DNA of 64,000 nucleotides from assembly GCA_036172245.1 (NCBI GenBank), contig JAYWIR010000006.1, forward strand, positions 3,968,001-4,032,000. The letters are read 5' to 3'. Positions 11,955-25,000 of this stretch are shown here, piece by piece. This stretch comes from Raillietiella orientalis (Eukaryota). Position numbers and translations under genes: made by a program. Numbering within the stretch: position 1 is the stretch's first letter; each line of letters begins with the position of its first letter. The notes beneath the pieces were generated by a model that was given only the letters and a program-made list of their open reading frames with translations, ran no database searches and was not told the DNA's origin.

Positions 11955-12687
11955 GAACACAAAGTGTGGACTGTCCGTTTGGCCTGAAACCACGATCTTT
12001 ACAGGAGAGGGAGATCCGAGCCACAGTCACCGGGGGTTCAGTTGCATCCGAGCTGTAGTCCGGGAACTGACCATTTCCCAGAATGTCCACTGCGTACCTT
12101 GTAAGCCTGATATGAATTGGAATAGTTTCATATTTGTGAACATTTTATTACTATTTGTGAACCTGACAAGAGATAAACAGCAAGACCAAATACTAAATTC
12201 AGACTCGTAATGTAGATGAAAATCCATTTTGTGCCTGAAGTATTTTCAGCATGTTATTAGCACTGGCTTGAAAAGTACCTTACTTTCCATAAGTCAACAG
12301 ATCATTAGTCTCAAAGGAGATAGAGTCTTGTACAAAAGAGTGTTGAGGGGTTTCTAAGAAAGTTAGGATGAAGTGATTGGCAAATTTAACAAGCTGTTTA
12401 ACTGCAAATAACTGAGAAATCATCAGTATCCAGTATGCATGATGTTTTTCTTTCAACTTGCTTTCTTGGTGGTGGGCGCTCAGATAGAATTGAATGAATG
12501 CATGCAGATGGTTGGTGTACACGTGCTTTTCGTATGCGAAAGAACATTGTTTGTGTTTAAAATACTCTATGGTTTTGTTGCCATATCTGAAAGAAAAGAA
12601 GGAAAAAGAAAAATTCACTCACCAGCCTGATGAAGACCGAACTGTGGGGTGGTGACCAGGTGCCATCAGGACCATGCAGAGCACCAT
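11955..12687 (-). pseudogene. Truncated Wnt-like gene fragment: exon 1 (12687-12623) plus partial exon 2 (~12100-11955)
   Basis: Exon 1 encodes MVLCMVLMAPGHHPTVRSSSG and ends TG|GTGAGT. Exon 2 completes a Trp codon (phase 2) and continues YAVDILGNG...SCKDRGFRPNGQSTLC (C-x9-Q-x3-C, as in Wnt N-termini). No downstream Wnt exons were found, and the frame runs into the 3' region of the survivin-like gene. Confidence 0.4.
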
Positions 12688-13248
12688 GAAAGCGTGAATT
12701 CTTCCGATTTGTGGCGTGCAGACGACCGTATGCGAATTCGCATCTGTTTTCAAACAGCATTTTGATAATAAAGCCGATCCATCTCTACACACAGCAATAA
12801 CAGAAACGCGCCTGTGGCTTCCTTTGCGCCCTCTGCTGCTTGTGGTTCCCGGATGTACCTAAAGTGATTCCCTGCAGCTTTTGTCCGCAACAGCACCGGT
12901 CTGCTGTCACTGTTGCCGTCACGTAGATGTGTGCAACTTTTGGTACTGACCTGGAAGACAGCCGTGGGTGACAGCACGCAGGAAGTGAGTTAGGTCGGGC
13001 GCAAGCGCGTCCCAGGTTTGCAGTCGTAGGAATCATCGCGCCGAAACCAAAGACTGCCTTAAGGCCAGCACTAACTGACTGACTTTGGTGGCACTTGGGA
13101 GTCTTCACGAAACGGCTGACCGTGATGGATCCCCAGGAATCAACGATCAGCTAGGCATTCCTCACGGTTCCCTTTGCCATGTGCAGGTTGTCAGCTTCAG
13201 CGTGTGCTTTGCTGTGATTCGACACTTTGTCAGGGTGTTTTCTTAGAT

Positions 13249-13392
13249 GGTACGCAGTGGACGTTCTGGGAAATGGTCAGTTCCCGGACTACAGCTCGGA
13301 TGCAACCGAACCCCCAGTGACTGTGGCTCGGATCTCTCTTTCCTGTAAAGATCGTGGTTTCAGGCCGAAAGGACAGTCTACGCTTCGTGTTC
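13249..13392 (+). repeat. Inverted duplicate (144 bp, 10 mismatches) of 11955-12098
   Basis: Direct manual alignment. Preceded by TTTCTTAG. The frame continues VLERALAPQLLDVDCT to a stop. Confidence 0.95.
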
Positions 13393-14761
13393 TTGAGCGT
13401 GCACTCGCTCCCCAGCTTCTGGATGTTGACTGCACGTAGGAGTGAAGTAGGCGCTGCTGCTGGCGGCCCCATCCCACTTTGTTCTTTCTCCTGATTGCAC
13501 GACGAGCGCGGACCGCGTTTCCCGCATCCTGTTGGCCTCACAAACTCCCACAAATGATTGAATTCAATCGGGTACTGTCGAAAGTGTTTCCTCGGGATGT
13601 TCCTGAACCTCAATTAGTCACGTGTCCCTATCAACTGGAGTTGGGAAAGATTAAGAAAAAGAAAGGGCAGGTCGTCGCATTAGGCGTTTCGCTGGAGGCG
13701 CGGCGTCGAAACGCGTGACTTCTAGAACTCTCCTGGACGTCGGTGAAAATGACATCTCAATTCCCTTCCCCCCCCCTCCCTTTTTCTTCCTCATTTGCGA
13801 GGCGTTGGAATCGCCCGGTCATAATTTGCCTGTCTTCACGAACGACCTCATCGAGTTGACCTGTCGAATTCTGGTACGCCTTCGTGACGTAGCCGGTCGC
13901 CGCGGGGCGAGCGCTAACGGACCTTCCGCGTCCAGGCGGATCTTCCGGGAAGCGAGGATGGTCAGGACGTCCGCAGGAAGCGATCAGCCCCGTGAGGCTC
14001 CCCGGGTCTCCGCGAGCAGCGCGCGACTTCACCGGGAAGGACGGAGGGGCCTGCCTTAGGAAGGGGGCGTGACTACGGGGAAAGGAACCCTCTCCTCTGG
14101 CGTTTGGGAGGGAGAACGGCCCTGCCTGCCTCGGGGTCGTTTGTGGGAGACGGGCAAAGCGCGGCGCCAAGAGCAGGAAGGCGTTCCAGGAGGGCGCGGG
14201 GTCACTGTGTGACCTAGGTGACCATCACGCGCGAAACAAAGGCCGCGAGAGCTGACGCCTACCTCCGAGGAGCCTCCTCGGGACTGCCTAGGGCTCCACG
14301 GCTCAGCGACGTAGTGGTGGTGGTGGCCCCCTCCCCTTCCCCCGCCCCGTTCTGAAGAAGTGCCGTGGGCACAGACGCGGCCGCCCTCGTCGCCGCGAGC
14401 AAAATCGCCCACGTCGACCAAGGTAGAATCTCCGCCGCCCGGGCGGACCGTCTCGGGGAGACGCGCCCGCAGTAGGGCAGCGGCGGCTGTCGACGTCGCT
14501 TCCGACGTCCCTTCCGCGCTCCCGCAGCCGGCTGCGGCGCGCGTCGCCAGCGGGGCGGATGCCGCCGCTCGCTTCCCGGACGCACGCCCCCAGCACATTT
14601 GTTTCTCATCTGCGCGGATGATGGAGGTGGCGCGTCAGGGCAGGTGACAGGAGGCTCGCGGAAGCGGTGCGATGGGCCCGCCGCCAGGCGAGAGGGGGCG
14701 GACGCATCTCGGTGAGGTGCCGCGGGGACTGCGAACGGCCAGAGACTGTATCTTGCGCGCA

Positions 14762-14901
14762 GGTCCGTGTTGGCGTCCGCGCGTGGCACCGGGCGTCGCG
14801 GGTTCGAATCTCACCCTGGGAGGAGGAGTGGACGCCGTTTCGAGTCTCCCCGCAAGATGACGCTGGTTGGCCCGTTCGGATGCGGCACTGGTGTAAGCCG
14901 G
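14762..14901 (+). repeat. Repeat unit with tRNA-like head, 45-nt core and partial SL-like motif (copy 2)
   Basis: B-box GGTTCGAATC at 14801-14810. Core is 38/45 identical to 4993-5037, followed by GGTGTAAGCCGG (14890-14901). Confidence 0.6.
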
Positions 14902-14929
14902 ATGTTCCCTTTCACCGGCCGGGATTGGA

Positions 14930-17900
14930 ATTTGACCCTTCGGGAATCAAGAAATCCTTCATGGCTCTTCTCCGGTTTTGAAAATGGAACCCTCCGTGGG
15001 TTACCATGCAGCTGGTTGATACCCCCTTCAGGGGATCGCCTCCAGAGCGCTCTTCCCTTTGGGGAGCACTTTCAGAGAAAATGGGGAGCGTTCCTTCGGA
15101 GTTCTCTTTGGAGGAGGAAACCAGGAGCAGCCCCCACAAACCTGGGGGTCCCTCCAGAGAAAATGAGTCCCTTTGGAACTCCCCTCCCAATCGTGGGAGG
15201 AACGGAGTCCTTCCTCCGGAGCCCTCCTGGATTCGTAGGGGGGTCCCTCCAGGGTTGCCTTCTGACATGAAGAGTTGCACGTCCTTTCGGGTGGTGAGGA
15301 CGGTGCCAAAGAGCTCCGTGACCCCCCCCCTTCCTTCTCCCCATGAGGAGGCGGACGGCTCTTCTGCACTGTTTGGGAAGCAAAAAAAAAAAACCGGAAA
15401 AAAAAGGGCGAGGTTTCCTGTTCCCCCGCGGGTCAGGTCAAGGCCTGACCCGCGGGTGAACCGGCCTTCCGTCCTGGAGTTTCACCTCCTCCGGTCTCCC
15501 GAACGCTCAAAAAGATGCCGCCAACCGGAATTTTCCTGGCCCTCCGGGCGTGCGGCTTCGAGAGCTGCACGAATTGCTTGGAAACGCGACTGGCACTGCG
15601 CAACGGGAGGAGGAGGGGGGAGGGGAAGAATTGCCTGGGATTGCGAGCTCGACCCTCTGCCGTCGAATTACGCGCGCAGAAAGGAAAAAAAAAAAAAAAA
15701 AAACAGAGAAAGGGGAGAAATCTGTGTGCCTGCAGGCAACCTAGTTCGGTCGCTAGCGCTCGATTGCAGAGGTCGGCCGGAGAAGAACAAAGCACCTTCT
15801 GCGTGTGGTTTTGCTTCTTGTGAGCTGTCCGAGAACGCGCCTCCCGGCAGACCCTCGAGCGTTCCGGATCTGGAACCATAGAGGAGACCGCGGAAGATGG
15901 CTCGGCCGGCCACGATGCCGCTCGAAACAGCCGCCGCGTTTCCGGGGCACGCGGGGCCCTCCAGGGATGTCCGGACCATCAACGCTCCTGGCAACTGCAC
16001 CTGCCTCGCTGCCTTCCCAGAAGCAGCGGCGCAGGACGACCCAGGGTTGCTTCGCGCGCGCCGCAGTTTTCGCTCGTCGCCCTCAGCCACCGCCTTGCGT
16101 GACCACCCGCCACCTCTTCGCCGCCAGAACGTCCGCTTCCGCGGAGGAGGGCTAGGGTCGCGGTCAACCCACCGCGGGCGGATGCCGCCGAACGTCTGGA
16201 GCGCCGCCACTCGAGTGCATGCGAGCGCCAGTTGTGGCGGCTCCTGGAAGCTGCAGGGGAACAGGGAAAGTTCCACGTGCGGCGCCAGCAACGAGGAGGC
16301 GCAGCCGGCCAGCAGCGAGTAGAGCCCCATTGGGTAAAGCCGCGCAGTGGCGGACTTCTGGCCGACGGAGGCGTGCGGAAACCGCCGGACTGCTGATGCA
16401 ACCTGGCGGGAGCAGCCGAGTTCAATGGACAGTCGCCATGGTGAGCGGCGTCCCGGCTGCTGGAGGGGGCGCGACCACCGGCCGGCATTCCCGCGTGGGC
16501 CCCTCCCTGGTCCGTTCAGGCACGCAGCATGCCGAGAGGAGCCGGGACGACACGGAGGGGCGTCTCTGGGGAATAAGGAGGGGTGGTCACCCCCACCCGG
16601 AAGTGATTTGCCCTGAGGCCGGCGAGACGACTCGCGGAAGAGGAGGCGCAGGGTCCAAAGGAAAGGAGAGGAAGGAGAGTCTCGGGATTGACCCCCTCCC
16701 CACCCGGAAAACAGGAGGACCTCCGGGGGTGATCCCAACGGGCCTCGAAGACGGCAGAAGGTCAGAGAAACGGGCCGAGCACCCCGTCCTTCGCTGCCTC
16801 TCGACCATCCTTTAAACGAACCATTGCAATCTTTTCCCCCGTCCTCTCGCAGCGCGCGACAGCTCTCCCTTGACAGGAAGCGACCGGGAGGGCTGGCCCC
16901 CGGCCGCCTCAATGCCTCGCGAACCTCGAGGAGGCGTCCTTTCCGGCTCTCTGCGCGCGCGAGAGTCTGCCGCGTCCCGGTGGGTCTCCCAGACCCGCGA
17001 GGACCGCGCCAGACTTCCCTCTGAGCACCCTTCCCACCCAGGAGGGACAGTCCCCGATCCTTTCGCCGGGAACGCCGCCCTTACGGCGGCGGTCATCTTC
17101 GGAAACGCCGGCGCACGAATCTCGAGCTCGCGGAGCTTCGATGCGCCTTCCGACCTTTGGCGCGGGAGCTCCCTGCTCCCGTCGCCGAGGAACGGAGGCA
17201 GGAGCGCAATCCCTCCCCCCCTCCAATCCCTTCCGAGGTCCTCACGGGTCGGTGGAAGGCTACCCGCAGGTGTCCGGGCAAAGTCGACGCCCGGGGAGGG
17301 GTGATGCCGCGCGGTTCGAGAGAGCGCCAGCCACCTTCCTGACCGGAGGAGTGCCGGGGAGGGAGTGCTTTCCGCGGAAGAGCCGCTGCGGGGAACGGTC
17401 CAGGGAGAAGCTGGAGAAGCGCTCCTCACTCCGGTTCGAAGGCCAGCAGGGGATACCTCGCTTTGTGCGTGTGCTTTCTTTCTTTTTGAGAAAGGAGGGG
17501 AAGAGGGGGGCTCGACCGATAGTCCTTTCCAGGCTTTCCTGAGCCTCCCGGGATCTTCTTCCATCCATACCCTCCCTTTCGAAAACACCTCGGAGAGGGC
17601 GGAAGCGGCAGGGCTCGACGGTTCTCGAACCTTCGCGCCGCGTGTGAGGACCGAAGGACGCACACGTGGGCCCGAGAAATCGAAATCATTCATCGCGCGA
17701 ACGAGGCAACAACAGGCAAAGGCTTTCGCCGAGGTTCCCATGGCAACCGACCGGCCGCCGACCCGGCAGCATGGGAGGCATCGGCAATGGAAGGAAGAAG
17801 AACGTTTGGGTAATTAAAAGGGCGGGTGGCGGGAACCGCATGGAAACACAGGGTGGAAGCAGCGGGGTCCGCCAGAGGGGGGAACCTCGTGCTCGAGCAA

Positions 17901-19000
17901 GGATGCCATCAACTCTGGGGCAGGTCAGCCCGTGTGATCTTCCGCCGCGGAAGATCCCGGAGGGAGATCGAGGGAAACCGTTCCCCCGCTTCCGTGGTTG
18001 CTACGCTCAGCTCCTCTCGCCTGCGCCGAGAAATTCGAACGGGGGACTTTCGCGACGAGTCCCACGCCCAAGTCAGCACGCGCAGCCACCACCATATTTT
18101 CATGGTGGTGTCATCCACACAGTAGAGCGCCGTCATGTGTGATTCATCTTTTTTTTGCTTTTCTTTTTTTTGTTGAGGGGAAAGAAGCACAAATCAAAGA
18201 GGCGGGCATCGGACGAGGCTCCGGGCCTTCGAGACGAACGTCGCGGTGGAGCCACGTGAGCACGAGGGCGAAGATCCCCCGAAAGCCAGCGGCACGCAGG
18301 ACCCGTTGGTTGCGCACATTTGTTACGCAACCCCGGCAGCCACCCGTGGCTGAAGAGGAGGAGGAACCGAATCGCCGAAGAGCAGGAGACCCCACGGGGG
18401 AATCGCGGCTCTCGGGCTCTTCAAAAGGGTGGGAGGCACTCGCAGCAGCAGCTGCAGAAGTGGGCGGAAGATGTCCGGGGAAGGGAAGGGAGCTTTTCAC
18501 CGGGGAAGCCCCCACAAATTCCCACTTATTATTCCAAGGCAGGGAAGATGCTGAGAGGCGGGCTGCACCTTCACTCGAAAATCTAACGAGCAAAATGGCG
18601 ATGGCAACCATCCAGAACTCCCGCGGGAATGGAAATGCCAAGGAGGGTACAGGATCTCCAAACTCCGGTTCCCCTACTGTCCAGGAGACAGCTGGCTGCC
18701 ATGCGCGCACATCATCGCCGGTGTGGTAATGACCTCAGTCCATCCGGAGAGCTGGGCTTCTCCCACCTCTCCTCCCAGGTAGGGGCGCGCGAGATCAGCA
18801 TTTGCGGTGTTGCGATGGAGCCTGCTTGACAACGGCGGAGGGTGGGAATGGTCTCGTGCCGATGCGCAGATGTTCCGGATGGAGTGGTTGTCGCTGCTGC
18901 CGATGGCCGCTGTGGGGCACCGCGGGGCTGTGAAACGTTCTGCACGGTGTGGTAAGCCCCGAGCATTCCATGCCGCCATAGCTGCCCACGCAGACTGATG
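14930..19000 (-). mobile_element. Decayed L1/Tx1-like non-LTR retrotransposon (copy B), 3' end deleted
   Basis: APE motif AAWNARGL (~18953-18976), RT-like PMGLYSLL (~16310-16335; cf. Tx1 GQLYSLA), and nucleotide homology to copy A (GCTGGTTGAT and GGGGTGATCCC blocks). Confidence 0.65.
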
Positions 19001-22000
19001 ATGATGATGATTTGGTGCCCTCTTGACCTCCAAAGTGGCTCACGGCGGTTCAAATGATCTTCCGTACCTCGCTGTGAGACGGAGAGGCGGATTTCCTCGC
19101 TGGCAACAGAGAATTCGTCCCGGCCAAGTTCTTCTTTCCTCCTGGGAAAGTCACGTCGTAGGCAGTCGCGGTTCGCGGCACCCGAAGAAGTCGTCATCCA
19201 CGTGGCGAGTTCCATCCACGTTCCTTCTTTCCCTCCTTCCTTCAGGTCACACGGGATGGAAGAGAGCGCTCCGTCAGACGAGGAAGCGCGGTGCATCTGG
19301 CCATCATCTCAAAGGGCATTCTCTGAAATAAAATTTGAATTTTCGTGAACGGAATTCTTCTTTGGCTCACCAAACGATCAGCGTGGACGTGCACGTAGCC
19401 ATCGCGTGTCGATGCAAAAGTCCGTTTTTTTTTGTTTTTTTTTTTTTTGCCGCAGTGACGCCCGAAAGGCGCACCGCAAATGAGAAGGGCAAAGAAGGGC
19501 CTCTCCGGATTCGGAGACGAAGTGGTTTCCTTGACCCCTGAGAAGAGGTTTTTCCATGCGGAAGAGCGGCGCAGAAAATTCACGGCTCCAGCGGCGGGAA
19601 TTCTCGCCACGGGGCGAAATGGAACTCTTCGCGCCGGGCCTCCCTCGCTGCACCTGCGCGCGCGGACGGGGGGCCTCGGTCGGCGGGTTGCATTGCTGCC
19701 CGCCATTTGCGCCGGACGGCGGCCAAACCAGCTGCGTCCCCTGGTTGCCACGGAGCCGGCGGAGAGCGCCTCCGCTCTGCCTCGCGATCGGAACGGCGCC
19801 CGGTGGTGCCTTGGAACGGATTCGCCGCAGCGCCTATGCTTTTCCTTCTTCTGCTTCTTCCTCTTCCTTTTCTTTTTTTTTGTGCCGTTCCAATCGAGCG
19901 ACACTTTTAGCTGCGTGTGGGCAGTCATGGCGACTCCGCAGCAACCACCACCGAGGGATTCTCGGAGCGCCGCCTCCGGGGGGTCACGGGATCACCGAGT
20001 GGATCAGCGGGATGCAGCGCCGGAGCCGGGGATTCGATCGTTCTCCGGGAGTTCCGGGTTCCCGCGAGCGGGGCTGGAGCTCTGGACGCGAGCGCTTTCG
20101 CAGCTTTCGGGAACTCGAGGTGCGTGCGCGCGTGAGGGAAGGGGGGAGAGGAGAGGGGAAAAGGGGGGGGGGGAGAAGAGCAGAACCGGCAGCGGTTCCT
20201 CCCCGAGACGACTGCGATCCTTTGAAGTCCGACTCTTCATCCGCGCTTCCTCTTTCCCAGACGTGGCGCGCGCGCTCTCGACCGAGTGACGACGGTTTGA
20301 GCGCGGATCGGAAATCACGCGGCCGCCTTGATCAGAAGCTGCGCAGCACCGAAAGAATCCGGGAAGGGGAGTGATGGGGGGTGGGGGGTGGGGTGGGGTG
20401 AGAAATGCCAAGCAGGAGATTCCCGCCGTCGAGAGAGAGAGAGTTAGAGAGAGCAGCAAGGATGCTTCAGCCGCGCCAACGGGTTCTGCGGGGACAAAGA
20501 CGGAAGCGATTTTTTTTTCCGACGGAAGGATGAACGGAAATTTCGGGACCGATGTCCGCGGGGGAAGCGAGGGGATGTGACCCCGCGCCTTCCATCACCA
20601 CCAGCGTGCGTGTGTGCTCACCTGCCTTCGGGAACGAGGCGAGGGACTGCCGGCTGTTCCCCGGGAATGCATCCGCCTCTTTGCGAGCGCGAGAGGCGGC
20701 TGAACGGGGGCGGCACGGTCGGCCACGGCAGTCTAAAAATAGAGCGGCGCTCCCACGAATCCCGCGCGAACTCCCAGCTCCCCCTCCCGGCTCCTTCCCC
20801 TCCTGGTCTGGGGTTCCTCGGCGGCCGAAAGGAGGGGGGGAGGGGGAGACGGAGATTCCGCGTGACGCGGGAATCCGACGGTCGGTCGGGGATCCTCGTT
20901 TGCCGAGAATAGGCGCCGCGCGGGGACGCGCCGCTCGTCCATCCCGTCCGCCTGCCTCCTGGATGTGCCGGGCTTTCCGGGCACGTCCGCGACCCCATTA
21001 CCGAAACGCAACTGAGGCGATTTCCAATTGGCAGCTGCCCCTACCGCTCTGCGCGAACCGTTTCCCGAGGACCCATCCTCCTCCCCACTTCCCCCTCCTC
21101 CTCTTGTTTAACGTACCGCTCGGGTCCAACACGCGCACGTGAATTTTTCAAAAACGGCAGAGGTCGGCACAGTCCTCGCCTTTTTCTTTCTTTCCTTCCC
21201 CCCCCCCCCACTCCCTCCCGCCTGCCGCGAGAGACAAAGACGCGAATCCGAAGTGTTTTTTTGCGACCTCTTCTGGTGTTTCCATTGCCGGGGTCCGGCC
21301 GGGGGAAGGGGTGCGATCGTGCGGACACCCATGGCGCGGCTGCACGGGAACGTCGGCCGCAATTCATCCGCCAAGCGAAGTGATACACAGGAAGCGCGGG
21401 ACCGTGGGGGTGGGGGGAGGAGAAAAGGAAACCGAGGTATGCGGGTTCCGTCCTGCGGCGGGAATCCGGGATCGGTCCCGTTCGCGCGCGCGGCTCGGCT
21501 GCCGCAGGAACCGCGTGAGTGGCGACGCGCGTTTCGGGAACCACCGGGGGAGGCGAGAAAACCTGCGGCAGCTGCTGCGTCTCCTCGGTTGCGGGAGGTT
21601 CGGCAGGAAACCCCCTCCCCCCCCCCCTCCTTCCCTTCAAGCACGGATGCCTGACGGGAGGGGTGCGGATTTCCTGGATTGCGCATTTCCCTACTGGCTC
21701 AGCAGATGCCGCCGCCCGTCCCGGTGATTAGACCGTCTTGAGAGAAGGAGGGATGTTGATGGCCCGTCGTCGCGCGGTAGCGGCGCGGCGCGCGCAGCCT
21801 CGGGAAGCTGCGAGTCGGAGAGGAAGGGGGAGGTGGGGAGATCGCGAGAGATAGAGAGAGAGAGAGAGAGGGGGGGGAGGGAGGGAGGGCAGGCGCGTGC
21901 GCACGCGTAAGAGCATATCGACTCGGTTCGGCACAGATCGGGCAGCACAGAAGCGAGCCGGCAGGCAGGCAGGCAGCATCGCGGCTTTGCAAACGTGCGC

Positions 22001-25000
22001 GGCTACGAGTTCACGGTGAGTGCGCGAGGCATTTCTTGCCCCCTCTCCCTCCCTCACCCCCCTTTTCTCCCCTTCCCTCCCCCCCCGTGCGAATACCGAA
22101 GTGTGCCGCCGAGGCCGCTTCCGCGCTTTGTTTGGTGCTTCTTCGTACGCTCCGGAGCGGAACATCGCCGACCCCCAAGGAACCGGCTCTTTGAACCGAT
22201 CCCCCCTACCTCTCGAGGCCCTCCCCCCGCGGGGGTGGATGACGGAGCAGATCTGTCGCGCTTCTTTTCCGTGTGCAGCGGCTTCCTCGTTGCCATGGCG
22301 AGGCCGAAGGAAAAAGGGAGCCGCAAAACCGCATTGTTGCCGAACGCAGCGTGGCTCGCAGGCGGCGCTCCGGTCGGCGTGGTGCACTGACGGAAAGTGC
22401 GGGGGTGTATCTCGGGGGGGTTCCCATCCCTCTGCCTCGTGTCGTTGCCGTGGCCTCCTCGCATTCCCGCCGGGCGCGAGTGGATCGATCCCAAGTCATG
22501 AAAGTGACCGTCCCCGTGATCCTTTTCCCCCTTCCTGGTGGTGACTCTTGGGTGCAGCCCGCTCGGGTGCGCTCGCGACCGTTTCTCAGCCTGCCGGCTG
22601 TGCTTCGGGTGGGTTGCCGATGGTAACGGAGCAGCCTCGCTCCTGTTTCCCTCCCGTTTTGACAGTCGCCGCCCGTTGTCACGACGAGGCCTCGTTCCGC
22701 ATGGCTCTCTCCTCAGAATCCTTCTTGGCGTGATGAGAAATCCCAGCGGCAGTGCCATCTGCTAGCAGGTTTCTTTTACGCGCGCGCCTGTCGGTTTGCA
22801 CGTGTCCCTACTCGCAAAGAGTAGGGGGAGAGCTCCAGATGCAGGCGAGGGACGTTGCGTTTGCAGCAGAGTCCGGCAGTCTGGTTGTCGGGATCGGTCT
22901 GGTTGGGAACTGCGTCGTCGAATGTGCGCAGGCGAACGACAAACGGTGCGGGCGGAGTGGGGGAAGGGGCAGAGTTGGGGGCTCCCCCTGCCAGTCCCTA
23001 GGGAGCGAGGGCTGGATTCCGCTCCGTTTCGTCGGCACGTGCTTTCCGTCGTCCTCCGGAGTTGCTGGGACTCCCAAAAGCCTGCGTCGTTTCCTTTCCA
23101 CCCCCTCTCTTCCTCTTCGGTTCCCGCCGGAAGAACACGGATCCCGGAGAACCCGAAGCAACACAAACACCCCTTCGGAATTCTTCGGGGGGGAACTTTC
23201 GGAGGGAGGAGGGCTGCGGTAATTTTTTCGCACGGCAGGCAAGCAGGCAGACGTGCGCCGGGTTTGACCCTGGAATGCCAAGCGCTTCCCCGTCGTATTT
23301 TTAGAAGTGCGGGGACATGTATCAACCGGGATACCTTTCGGTTGTCACGGAGGCAGCTGCGTGGACCATCTTTCATCGAAAGTCGCTGCCTCTGGAACGA
23401 GTTGAACCGCATGGGCGCACAGCGGCACAGTTCGAACCTTCGCCCCGCGCGCGTTCAACAGGTGGCGCATCGACGCGGACTTCGCGGCGGTCAGTTTTCC
23501 ATCTGCTAGCAGAAGTTTCCGTTTGCCTCCTCCGAATGGTTCCCAAGGGAACCTCCCCGGGCGGGGCACTGGTTGCCTCCGGGCCTCCCACGCCCCCTTC
23601 CATGCGTCCGCCCTCCCTCCGACGCTCTTTGCTTGCCGCGCCCCGCCCCTCCCGCAAGCGGAGGTCGTCGCCGTCGGCTCTACCCCTCTACCGACAACCT
23701 AGGAGCGAGCTGGGTGATCTCGTGACCTCTTCCTCGTGACCTTGCCTTCGTAGCTTGACAAGGTCTACCGAGCCAGTTGAAAGCCATCGCCATCTTTGCC
23801 ATCTCTTTGAGCTCCTTCTTCGCCTCTGTCGTCCTCATCAGCTGGATCACTACCCAACTGGGTGACCTGTCCTCGTGACCATCGGCATTATACGAGCGTC
23901 CTCGCAAGGGTCGGAGTGTTTTCTTTTTGTTCCTCAAGCAACCCTCGCCTTCCCCTTTGGGGCAGCGCTGCCGTTCTGGTGCGCTGTTCCTGCTACCCCT
24001 CCAGGTCGCAGGGCGGAATCCGCTCGAGGTCCTCGACGAGGGTGCAGGGGCGCGCGCCGGTCTCGTGGGACTCGCAGCGAAGGAGGCAGGGGAGAATGGG
24101 ATGGGCATCGGCTCCCCCCCCATCCTCCATCTAGCGAACGGCTGCTTCCCCTCTCCGGGCCTTCGGCCGCCTCTTCGCCATCGTTCCCGCAGACGCCCCG
24201 AACGCGCTTTCTGGGTGGGTCGCTGCGTATGGGGTGGTGGTGGTGGGAGGGTTCGAGGGCGGCAGTTCGTGGGAGAGCGCACCGGCGCTCCTTGAGCCGT
24301 GACCAAGCCGCGCGACCGTTCCCGCCCTCTTCGCTCGCACTCCGTCCGGAGTTTGCTCTACGTGCTTCCCGTCCATAAGGCGGAATGGTGGATGCACGGC
24401 AGAAAGGCGATGCTGGAATTCTCCTCTCCCTTTGATCCGCGTCGTGCCGTTCTCCGGAGTTCAGGAATCTCTCTCTGTGTGTCACGCCGCTGCTACGTGT
24501 GTCTCGTCCTAGCAACCGTTGCCCCTGCGTGCTGGTCGCCTCGGAATGATGGCGAGTGCCTCCCCCCCCCCACACACACACGCACAAACACACATACAAC
24601 GTGCTACTGAGCCCGTGCGCCTCGGACGGCGCCGGAGCCAGTCTTGGAGCCAGCTGGACGGGGACAGTTGGCTCGTCAACGGGCCGTTTCTTCGGCTCGC
24701 ACCGTGGGAGAACTGCTCGGAACAGGTGGAGGGCGTTCCATTCTATTTTTAGCCCGGAACGCGGCGCGCGCGTGGGACTACGCTGCGTGCATTGTTGCGC
24801 GCGAAAATCCTCCCCCCTCCCCCCTTCTTTGCTTCCTTTCTTTCTGTCCCTCTCGATCTCCATCTTCGCATAGCTGGCCCTCTGCCCTTCCCGAAGTCCC
24901 GGAAACTTCGGCGCAACCCTGACGCCCTCGAACTTTCCACTTTATGCCTGCACCGCGACTTTGATCTTTCCAGCGTCTTCATCCCCTTTTCTTTCTTTCT

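Noticed and set aside
12625..12665. CTGATGAAGACC, a hammerhead-like core start
   Set aside because: No complementary stem II or GAAA follows. It lies within the Wnt-like exon 1.
14762..14820. Functional tRNA gene
   Set aside because: A B-box is present but I cannot build a cloverleaf. Treated as a degenerate repeat head.
23745..23880. Codon-like, lower-GC patch (hydrophobic LKAIAIFAISLSSFFASVVLISW on +; acidic or charged frames on -)
   Set aside because: The + frame is bounded by stops, and I found no recognisable family or partner exons.
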